Shown here one piece after another: positions 1 to 10,859 of a stretch of 32,295 nt of DNA. Source of the stretch: Octopus sinensis (lineage: Eukaryota); NCBI RefSeq assembly GCF_006345805.1, contig NW_021832896.1, positions 1-32,295 of the forward strand, in the 5' to 3' direction. A program made the translations under genes and the position numbers. Numbering within the stretch: the first letter of the stretch is position 1; each line of letters opens with the position of its first letter. The notes below the pieces were generated by a model that saw only the letters and a list, made by a program, of their open reading frames with translations, did no database searches and was not told the origin of the DNA.

Positions 1-1539
1 GTTTTCAGGTTAGAAAATGTCAAAATATTCAAATTGTACTTGAAAAACAAAAAAAAATTTTGTTGACTCTTAGATAATTATAAGCTATATGAGTGATCAT
101 AAGCTTATATTTACACAAGAGATCACTAAATTCTCAAAAGTTTTCAGGTTAGAAAATGTCAAAATATTTCAAATGTGTATTTGAAAAATAAAAAAAATTT
201 CGTTGTCTCTTAGGAAAATATAAGCTATATGAGTGATAAAAAGCTTATATTTATCCAAAAGATCACTAAATTCTCAAAAGTTTTCAGGTGAGAAAATGTC
301 AAAATATTTCAAATGTGTACTTGAAAAAAAAAAAAATTTCGTTGTCTCTTAGGAAAATATAAGCAATATGAGTGATAATAACCTTATATTTATCCAAGAG
401 ATCACTAAATTCTCAAAAGTTTTCAGGTTAGAAAAGTCAAAATTTTTCGAATGTGTACTTGAAAAACAAAAAAAAATTTTTGTTGTCTCTTAGATAATTA
501 TAAGCTATATGAGAGATAATAAGCTTATATTTACACAAGAGATCACTAAATTCTCAAATTTTTCAGGTTAGAAAATGTCAAAATATTTCAAATGTGTACT
601 TGAAAAACAAAAAAAATTTTGTGATCTGTTAGGTAAATATGAGCTATATGAATGATAAGCTTATATTTATCCAAGAGATCACCAAATTCTCAAAAGTTTT
701 CAGGTTAGAAAATGTGAAAATATTTCAAATGTGTACTTGAAAAAAAAAAAAAATTTCGTTGTCTCTTAGGAAAATATAAGCTATATGAGTGATGATAAGC
801 TTATATTTATGCAAGAGATCACAAAATTCTGAAATGTTTTCAGGTTAGAAAATGTCAAAATATTTCAAATATGTACTTGAAAGAGAAAAAAAAATTCGTT
901 GTCTCTTAGGAAAATATAAGCTATATGAGTGATAATAAGCTTATATTTATCCAAGTGATCACTAAATTCTCAAAAGTTTTCAGGTTAGAAAATGTCAAAA
1001 TATTTCAAATGTGTACTTCAAAAACAAAAAAAAATTTTGTGATCTGTTAGGTAAATTTTCGCTATATGAGTGATAGTATGCTTATATTTATCCAAGAGAT
1101 CACCAAATTCTCAAAAGTTTTCACGTTAGAAAATTTCAAAATATTTCAAATGTGTACTTGAAAAACAAAAAAAAAATTTGTGATCTGTTAGGTAAATATA
1201 AAATATATGAGTGATAATAAGCTTATATTTATCCAAGAGATCACTAAATTCTCAAACGTTTTCAGGTTAGAAAAGGTGAAATATTTCAAAGGTGTACTTG
1301 AAAAACAAAAAACAATTTTGTGATCTGTTATGTAAATATAAGCTATATGAATGATAAGCTTATATTTATCCAAGAGATCACTAAATTCTCAAAAGTTTTC
1401 AGGTTATACAATGTCAAAATATTTCAAATGTGTACTTGAAAAATAAAAAAAAATTTTGTGATCTGTTAGGTAAATATAAGCTATATGAGTGATAACAAGC
1501 TTATATTTATCCAAGAGATCACTAAATTCTCAAAAGTTT

Positions 1540-4500
1540 TCAGGTTATACAATGTCAAATTATTTCAAATGTGTACTGGAAAAACAAAAAAAAATTTCGT
1601 TTTCTCTTAGGAAATTATAAGCTATATGAGTGATAATAAGCTTATATTTATCAAAGAGATCACTAAATTCTCAAAAGTTTTCATGCTAGAAAATGTCAAA
1701 TATTTCAAATGTGTACTTGAAAAACAAAAAAAAATTTTGTGATCTGTTTGGTAAGAATAAGCTATATGAGTGTTAATAAGCTTATATTCATCCAAGAGAT
1801 CATTAAATTCTCAAAAGTTTTCAGGTTAGAAAATGTCAAAATATTCAAAATGTACTTGAAAGCCAAAGAAAAATTTCGTTGTCACTTAGGAAAAATAAAG
1901 CTATATGAGTGATAATAAGCTATATTTATCCAAGAATTCACTAAATTCTCAAACGTTTTCATGTTAGAAAATATCAAAATATTTCAAATGTGTACTTGAA
2001 AAACAAAAAACAATTTTGTGATCTATTAGGTAAATTTATGCTATATGCGTGATAGTAAGCTTATATTTATCCAAGAGATCACTCACTAAATTCTCAAAAG
2101 TTTTCAGGTTAGAAAATGTCAAAATATTACAAATGTGTACTTGAAAAACAAAAAAAAATTTGTTGTCTCTTAGATAATTATAAGCTATATGAGTGATAAT
2201 AAGCTTATATTTACACAAGAGATTACTAATTCTCAACGTTTTCAGGTAAGAAAATGTCAAAATATTTCAAATGTGTACTTGAAAAACAAAAAAAAAATTT
2301 GTTGTCTCTTAGGAAAATATAAGCTATACGAGTGATATGATAATAGCTTATATTTATCCAAGAGATCACTAAATTCTCAAAAGTTTTCAGGTTAGAAAAT
2401 GTCAAAATATTTCAAATGTGTACTTGAAAAACAAAAAAAAATTTTGTGATCTGTTAGGTAAATATAAGCTATATGAGTGATAATAAGCTTATATTTATCC
2501 AAGAGATCACTAAATTCTCAAAAGTTTTCAGGTTAGAAAATGTCAAAATATTTCAAATGTGTACTTGAAAAACAAAAAAAAATTTCGTTGTCTCTTAGGA
2601 AAATATAAGCTATATGAGTGATAATAAGCTTATATTTATCCAAGAGATCACTAAATTCTCAAAAGTTTTCAGGTTAGAAAATGTCAAAATATTTCAAATG
2701 TGTACTTAAAAACAAAAAATAACTTTCGTTGTCTCTTTGGAAAATATAAGCTGCTACGAGTGATAATAAGCTTATTATTACCAAGAAGATCACTAAATTC
2801 TCAAAAGTTTTCAGGTTATAAAATGTCAAAATATTTCAAATATGTGTACTTGAAAAACAAAAAAAAATTTTGTGATCCATTAGGTAAATATAAGCTATAT
2901 GAATGTAAGCTAATATTAACCAAGAGATCACTAAATTCTCAAAAGTTTTCAGGTTAGAAAATGTCAAAATATTTCAAATGTGTACTTGAAAAACAGAAAA
3001 ACATTTTCAGATCTGTTAGGTAAATATAAGCTATATGAGTGATAATAGCTTATATTTATCCAAGAGATCACTAATTACTCAAAAGTTTTCAGGTTAGAAA
3101 ATGTCAAATTATTTCAAATGTGTACTGGAAAAACAAAAAAAAATTTCGTTTTCTCTTAGGAAATTATAAGCTATATGAGTGATAATAAGCTTATATTTAT
3201 CAAAGAGATCACTAAATTCTCAAAAGTTTTCATGCTAGAAAATGTCAAATATTTCAAATGTGTACTTGAAAAACAAAAAAAAATTTTGTGATCTGTTTGG
3301 TAAGAATAAGCTATATGAGTGATAATAAGCTTATATTCATCCAAGAGATCATTAAATTCTCAAAAGTTTTCAGGTTAGAAAATGTCAAAATATTTCAAAT
3401 ATGTACTTGAAAGCCAAAGAAAAATTTCGTTGTCACTTAGGAAAATAAAAGCTATATGAGTGATAATAAGCTTATATTTATCCAAGAATTCACTAAATTC
3501 TCAAACGTTTTCATGTTAGAAAATATCAAAATATTTCAAATGTGTACTTGAAAAACAAAAAACAATTTTGTGATCTTTAGGTAAATTATGCTATATGAGT
3601 GATATAGTAAGCTTATATTTATCCAAGAGATCACTAAATTCTCAAAAGTTTTCAGGTTAGAAAATGTCAAAATATTACAAATGTGTACTTGAAAACAAAA
3701 AAAAATTTGTTGTCTCTTAGATAATTATAAGCTATATGAGTGATAATAAGCTTATATTTACACAAGAGATTACTAAATTCTCAAACGTTTTCAGGTAAGA
3801 AAATGTCAAAATATTTCAAATGTGTACTTGAAAAACAAAAAAAAAATTTGTTGTCTCTTAGGAAAATATAAGCTATACGAGTGATAATAAGCTTATATTT
3901 ATCCAAGAGATCACTAAATTCTCAAAAGTTTTCAGGTTAGAATTTGTCAAAATATTTCAAATGTGTACTTGAAAAACAAAAAAAAATTTTGTGATCTGTT
4001 AGGTAAATATAAGCTATATGAGTGATAATAAGCTTATATTTATCCAAGAGATCACAAAATTCTCAAAAGTTTTCAGGTTATAATATGTCAAATTATTTCA
4101 AATGTGTACTTGAAAAACAAAAAAAAATTTCGTTGTCTCTTAGGAAAATATAAGCTATATGAGTGATAATAAGCTTATATTTATCCAAGAGATCACTAAA
4201 CTCTCAAAATTTTTCAGGTTAGAAGATGTCAAAATATTTCAAATGTGTACTTAAAAAACAAAAATAACTTTCGTTGTCTCTTTGGAAAATATAAGCTATA
4301 CGAGTGATAATAAGCTTATATTTATCCAAGAGATCACTAAATTCTCAAAAGTTTTCAGGTTATAAAATGTCAAAATATTTCAAATGTGTACTTGAAAAAC
4401 ACAAAAAAAAATTTGTGATCCATTAGGTAAATATAAGCTATATGAAAGAAGCTAATATTTAACAAGAGATCACTAAATTCTCAAAATTTTTCAGGTTAGA

Positions 4501-7500
4501 AAATGTCAAAATATTTCAAATGTGTACTTGAAAAACAGAAAAACATTTTCAGATCTGTTAGGTAAATATAAGCTATATGAGTGATAATAAGCTTATATTT
4601 ATCCAAGAGATCACTATTATTTCTCAAAAGTTTTCAGGTTAGAAAATGTCAATTATTTCAAATGTGTACTGGAAAAACAAAAAAAAATGTCGTTCTCTTA
4701 GGAAAATATAAGCTATATGAGTGATAATAAGCTTATATTTATCAAAGAGATCACTAAATTCTCAAAAGTTTATGCTAGAAAATGTCAAATATTTCAAATG
4801 TGTACTTGAAAAACAAAAAAAAATTTGTGATCTGTTTGGTAAGAATAAGCTATATGAGTGATAATAAGCTTTAATTCATCCAAGAGATCATTAAATTCTC
4901 AAAAGTTTTCAGGTTAGAAAATGTCAAAATATTTCAAATATGTACTTGAAAGCCAAAGAAAAATTTCGTTGTCACTTAGGAAAATAAAAGCTATATGAGT
5001 GATAATAAGCTTATATTTATCCAAGAATCACTAAATTCTCAAACGTTTTCATGTTAGAAAATATCAAAATATTTCAAGTTGTACTTGAAAAACAAAAAAC
5101 AATTTTGTGATCTATGTTAGGAAATTATGCTATATGAGTGATAGTAAGCTTATATTTATCCAAGAGATCACTAAATTCTCAAAAGTTTTCAGGTTAGAAA
5201 ATGTCAAAATATTACAAATGTGTACTTGAAAAACAAAAAAAAAATTGTTGTTCTCTTAGATAATTATAAGCTATATGAGTGATAATAAGCTTATATTTAC
5301 ACAAGAGATTACTAAATTCTCAAACGTTTTCAGGTAAGAAAATGTCAAAATATTTCAAATGTGTGTACTTGAAAAACAAAAAAAAATTTGTGGTCTTAGG
5401 AAAATATAAGCTATACGAGTGATAATAAGCTTATATTTATCCAAGAGATCACTAAATTCTCAAAAGTTTTCAGGTTAGAATTTGTCAAAATATTTCAAAT
5501 GTGTACTTGAAAAAAAAACAAAAAAAAATTTTGTGATCTGTTAGGTAAATATAAGCTATATGAGTGATAATAAGCTTATATTTACAAGAGATCACAAAAT
5601 TCTCAAAAGTTTTCAGGTTATAATATGTCAAATTATTTCAAATGTGTACTTGAAAAACAAAAAAAAATTTCGTTGTCTCTTAGGAAAATATAGCTATATG
5701 AGTGATAATAAGCTTATATTTATCCAAGGAGATCACTAAACTCTCAAAATTTTTCAGGTTAGAAGATGTCAAAATATTTCAAATGTGTACTTAAAAAAAC
5801 AAAAAATAACTTTCGTTGTCTCTTGGAAAATATAAGCTATAGAGTGATAATAAGCTATATTTATCCAAGAGATCACTAAATTCTCAAAAGTTTTCAGGTT
5901 ATAAAATGTCAAAATATTTCAAATGTGTACTTGAAAAACAAAAAAAAATTTTGTGATCCATTAGGTAAATATAAGCTATATGAATGTTAAGCTAATATTT
6001 AACCAAGAGATCACTAAATTCTCAAAATTTCAGGTTAGAAACTCTCAAAATATTTCAAATGTGTACTTGAAAAACAAGAAAAAATTTTGTGATCTGTTAG
6101 GTAAATATGAGCTATATGAGTGATAATAAACATATATTTATCCAAGAGATCACTAAATTCTCAAAAGTTTTCAGGTTAGAAAATGTCAAAATATTTCAAA
6201 TGTGTACTTAAAAAAAAAAAACAATTTTGTGATCTGTTAGGTAAATTTTAGCTATATGAATGATAATAAGCTAATATTTATCGAAGAGATCACTAAATTC
6301 TCAAAAGTTTTCAGGTTACAAAATGTCAAAACATTTGAAATGTGTACTTGAAAAACAAAATAAAAATTTGTGATCTGTTACGTAAATATAAGATACATGA
6401 GTTATGATAAGCTTAAATTTATCCAAGAGATCACTAAATTCTCAAAAGTTTTCAGGTTAGAAAATGTCAAATTATTTCAAATGTGTACTGGAAAAACAAA
6501 AAAAAATTTCGTTTTCTCTTAGGAATTATAAGCTATATGAGTGATAATAAGCTTATATTATCAAAGAGATCACTAAATTCTCAAAAGTTTTCATGCTAGA
6601 AAATGTCAAATATTTCAAATGTGTACTTGAAAAACAAAAAAAATTTTGTGATCTGTTGGTAAGAATAAGCTATATGAGTGATAATAAGCTTATATTCATC
6701 CAAGAGATCATTAAATTCTCAAAAGTTTTCAGGTTAGAAAATGTCAAAATATTTCAAATATGTACTTGAAAGCCAAAGAAAAATTTCGTTGTCACTTAGG
6801 AAAATAAAAGCTATATGAGTGATAATAAGCTTATATTTATCCAAGAATTCACTAAATTCTCAAACGTTTTCAGGTTAGAAAATATCAAAATATTTCAAAT
6901 GTGTACTTGAAAAACAAAAAACAATTTTGTGATCTATTAGGTAAATTTATGCTATATGAGTGATAGTAAGCTTATATTTATCCAAGAGATCACTAAATTC
7001 TCAAAAGTTTTCAGGTTAGAAAATGTCAAAATATTTCAAATGTGTACTTGAAAAACAAAAAAAAAATTTGTTGTCTCTTAGATAATTATAAGCTATATGA
7101 GTGATAATAAGCTTATATTTACACAAGAGATTACTAAATTCTCAAACGTTTTCAGGTAAGAAAATGTCAAAATATTTCAAATGTGTACTTGAAAAAAAAA
7201 AAAAATTTGTTGTCTCTTAGGAAAATATAAGCTATACGAGTGATAATAAGCTTATATTTATCCAAGAGATCACTAAATTCTCAAAAGTTTTCAGGTTAGA
7301 ATTTGTCAAAATATTTCAAATGTGTACTTGAAAAACAAAAAAAAATTTTGTGATCTGTTGGTAAATATAAGCTATATGAGTGATAATAAGCTTATATTTA
7401 TCCAGAGATCACAAAATTCTCAAAAGTTTTCAGGTTATAAAATGTCAAAATATTTCAAATGTGTACTTGAAAAACAAAAAAAAATTTCGTTGTCTCTTAG

Positions 7501-8270
7501 GAAAATATAAGCTATATGAGTGATAATAAGCTTATATTTATCCAGAGATCACTAAACTCTCAAAATTTTTCAGGTTAGAAGATGTCAAAATATTTCAAAT
7601 GTGTACTTAAAAAACAAAAATAACTTTCGTTGTCTCTTAGGAAAATATAAGCTATACGAGTGATAATAAGCTGATATTTATCCAAGAGATCACTAAATTC
7701 TCAAAAGTTTTCAGGTTATAAAATGTCAAAATATTTCAAATGTGTACTTGAAAAACAAAAAAAAATTTTGTGATCTATTAGGTAAATATAAGCTATATGA
7801 ATGTTAAGCTAATATTTAACCAAGAGATCACTAAATTCTCAAAAGTCTTCAGGTTAGAAACTCTCAAAATATTTCAAATATGTACTTGAAAAACAAGAAA
7901 AAATTTTGTGATCTGTTAGGTAAATATGAGCTATATGAGTGATAATAAACATATATTTATCCAAGAGATCACTAAATTCTCAAAAGTTTTCAGGTTAGAA
8001 AATGTCAAAATATTTCAAATGTGTACTTAAAAAACAAAAAACAAATTTGTGATCTGTTAGGTAAATTTTAGCTATATGAATGATAATAAGCTAATATTTA
8101 TCGAAGAGATCACTAAATTCTCAAAAGTTTTCAGGTTACAAAATGTCAAAATATTTGAAATGTGTACTTGAAAAACAAAATAAAAATTTGTGATCTGTTA
8201 CGTAAATATAAGATACATGTGTTATGATAAGCTTAAATTTATCCAAGAGATCACTAAATTCTCAAAAGTT
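1540..8270 (+). repeat. Higher-order repeat: four related copies with 11-, 11- and 13-monomer spacing
   Basis: AGCCAAAGAA occurs at 1861, 3412, 4951 and 6771 (spacing 1551, 1539, 1820). ACTGGAAA occurs at 1575, 3124, 4668 and 6487. ACTCTCAAAATAT occurs at 6041 and 7860. Confidence 0.88.
2440..2516. repeat. Intra-monomer imperfect inverted repeat (31-bp arms, 15-nt spacer); example copy, present in most monomers
   Basis: Left arm 2440-2470 is AATTTTGTGATCTGTTAGGTAAATATAAGCT. The reverse complement of right arm 2486-2516 is AATTTAGTGATCTCTTGGATAAATATAAGCT. They match at 27/31. Confidence 0.93.
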
Positions 8271-8739
8271 TTCAGGTTAGAAAATGTCAAAATATTTCAA
8301 AAGTGTACTTGAAAAACAAAAAAAAAATTTAGTGATCTGTAAGGTAAATATAAGCTATATGAGTGATAATAAGCTTATATTTATCCAAGAGATCACAAAA
8401 TTCTCAAAAGTTTTCTGGTTAGAAAATGTCAAAATATTTCAAATGTGTACTTGAGAAACAAAAAAAAATTTTCTGATCTGTTAGGTAAATATAAGCTATA
8501 TGAGTGATAATAAATTGATATTTATCGAAGAGATCACTAATTACTCAAAAGTTTTCAGGTTAGAAAATGCCAAAATATTTCAAATGTGTACTTGAAAAAC
8601 AAAAAGAAAATTTCGTGATCTGTTAGGTAAATATAAGCTATATTAGTGAATATAAGCTTATATTTATCAAAGAGATCACAAAATTCTCAAAAGTTTTCAG
8701 GTTAGAAAATGTCAAAATGTTTCAAATGTGTACTTCAAA

Positions 8740-9790
8740 AACAAAAAAAAAATTTTGTGATCTGTTAGGTAAATATAAGCTATATGAATGATAAGATTAT
8801 ATTTATGCAAGAGATCACTAAACTCTCAAAATTTTTCAGGTTAGAAAATGTCAAAATATTTCAAATGTGTACTTCAAAAACAAAAAAAACTTTCGTTGTC
8901 TCTTAGGAAAATATAAGCTATATGAGTGATAATAAGCTTATATTTATCCAAGAGATCACTAAATTCTCAAAAGTTTTCAGGTTAGAAAATGTCAAAATAT
9001 TTCAAATGTGTACTTGAAAAACAAAAAAAAATTTTGTGATCTGTTAGGTAAATATAAGCTATATAAATGATAAGCTTATATTTATCCAAGAGATCACTAA
9101 ATTCTCAAAAGTTTTCAGGTTAGAAAATGTCAAAATATTTCAAATGTGTACTTGAAAAACAAAAAAAAATTTTGTGATCTGTTAGGTAAATATAAGCTAT
9201 ATGAATGATAAGCTTATATTTATCCAAGAGATCACTAAATTCTCAAAAGTTTTCAGGTTAGAAAATGTCAAAATATTTCAAATGTGTACTTGAAAAACAA
9301 AAAAAATTTCGTTGTCTCTTAGGAAAATATAAGCTATATGAGTGATAATAAGCTTATATTTATCCAAGAGATCACTAAATTCTCAAAAGTTTTCAGGTTA
9401 GAAAATGTCAAAATATTTCAAATGTGTACTTGAAAAACAAAAAAAAATTTTGTGATCTGTTAGGTAAATATAAGCTATATAAATGATAAGCTTATATTTA
9501 TCCATGAGATCACTAAATTCTCAAAAGTTTTCAGGTTAGAGAATGTCAAAATACTTCAAATGTGTACTTGAAAAACAAAAAAAAAATTTGTGATCTGTTA
9601 GGTAAATATAAGCTATATGAATGATAAGATTATATTTATCCAAGAGATCACTAAACTCTCAAAATTTTTCAGGTTAGAAAATGTCAAAATATTTCAAATG
9701 TGTACTTCAAAAACAAAAAAAACTTTCGTTGTCTCTTAGGAAAATATAAGCTATATGAGTGATAACAAGCATATATTTATACAAGAGATC
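8740..9790 (+). repeat. Short trimeric higher-order repeat (one subtype-B monomer plus two 137-bp subtype-A monomers, ~415 bp)
   Basis: B-type CGTTGTCTC at ~8894, ~9310 and ~9727 alternates with pairs of units carrying the 3-bp-deleted spacer ATGATAAG. AACTCTCAAAATTTTT occurs at 8821 and 9654. Confidence 0.75.
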
Positions 9791-10380
9791 ACTAAATTCT
9801 CAAAAGTTTTCAGGCTAGAAAATGTCAAAATATTTCAAATGTGTACTTGAAAAACAAAAAAGAATTCTGTGGTCTGTCAGGTAAATATAAGCTATATGAG
9901 TGATAATAAGCTTATATTTATCCAAGAGATCACTAAATTCTCAAAAGTTTTCAGGTTAGAAAATGTCAAAATATTTCAAATGTGTACTTGAAAAACAAGA
10001 AAAAATTTTGTGATCTGTTAGGTAAATATAAGCTATATGAATGATAATAAGCTTATATTTATCCAAGAGATCACTAAATTCTCAAAAGTTTTCAGGTTAG
10101 AAAATGTCAAAATATTTCATATGTGTACTTGAAAAACAAAAAAAAATTTTGTTGTCTCTTAGGAAAATATAAGCTATATGAATGATAATAAGCTTATGTT
10201 TATCCAAAAGATCACTAAATTCTCTAAATTTTCAGGTTAGAAAATGTCAAAATATTTCAAATGTGTACTTGAAAAACAAAAAAAAATTTCGTTCTCTCTT
10301 GGGAAAATATAAGCAATATGAGTGAAAATAAGCTTATATTTATCCAGGAGATCACTAAATTCTCAAAAGTTTTCAGGTTA

Positions 10381-10440
10381 GAAAATGTCAAAATATTGTT
10401 TTTTGTTTTTTATGTACACACTTGAAATATTTTGACATTT
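10381..10440. other. Orientation-switch (inversion) junction within the satellite array
   Basis: The forward monomer ends GAAAATGTCAAAATATT (10397) and continues directly as reverse monomer GTTTTTTGTTTTTTATGTACAC. ATT (10395-10397) can be assigned to either side. Confidence 0.92.
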
Positions 10441-10859
10441 TCTAACCTGAAAACTTTTGAGAATTTAGTGATCTGTTGGATAAATATAAGTTTATTAACA
10501 ATCATATAGCTTATATTTACATAAGAGATCACAAAATTTTTTCTTGTTTTTCAAGTACACATTTGAAATATTTTGACAGTTTGTAACCTGAAAACGTTTT
10601 AGAATTTAGTGATCTCCTGGATAAATATAAGCTTATTATCACTCATATAGCTTATATTTTCAAAAGAGACAACGAAATTTTTTTTTGCTTTTCAAGTACA
10701 CATTTGAAATATTTTGACATTTCCTAACCTGAAAAATTTTGAGAATTTAGTGATCTCTTGGATAAATATAAGCTTATTATCACTCTTATAGCATATATTT
10801 ACCTAAAAGATCACAAAATTTTTTTTTGTTTTTGAAGTACACATTTGAAATATTTTGAC

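Larger units (their letters stand above)
1..10397 (+). repeat. Satellite array, ~140-bp AT-rich monomer, forward-orientation block (~74 monomers; runs off the left edge)
   Basis: GTTTTCAGGT recurs at 1, 140, 280, 420 and onward. Most units carry one HindIII site (inside the palindrome ATAAGCTTAT), one SspI site (AATATT) and one RsaI site (GTAC). There is no unique sequence. Confidence 0.98.

Noticed and set aside
55-75. TTCGTTG to TTTGTTG variants as CpG-methylation decay
   Set aside because: They are equally explained as A/B subtype hybrids, since subtype A has T at this position. One site is not enough evidence.
2440-2530. Hairpin next to a T-run as an intrinsic terminator, and TATA-like boxes as promoters
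   Set aside because: There is no gene context, and such motifs are expected by chance in a 76% AT repeat.
10340-10625. Possible mirror duplication at the junction (CCAGGAG ~10344 vs CTCCTGG ~10614)
   Set aside because: It is a single shared variant, offset by one monomer, and neighbouring variants do not mirror.
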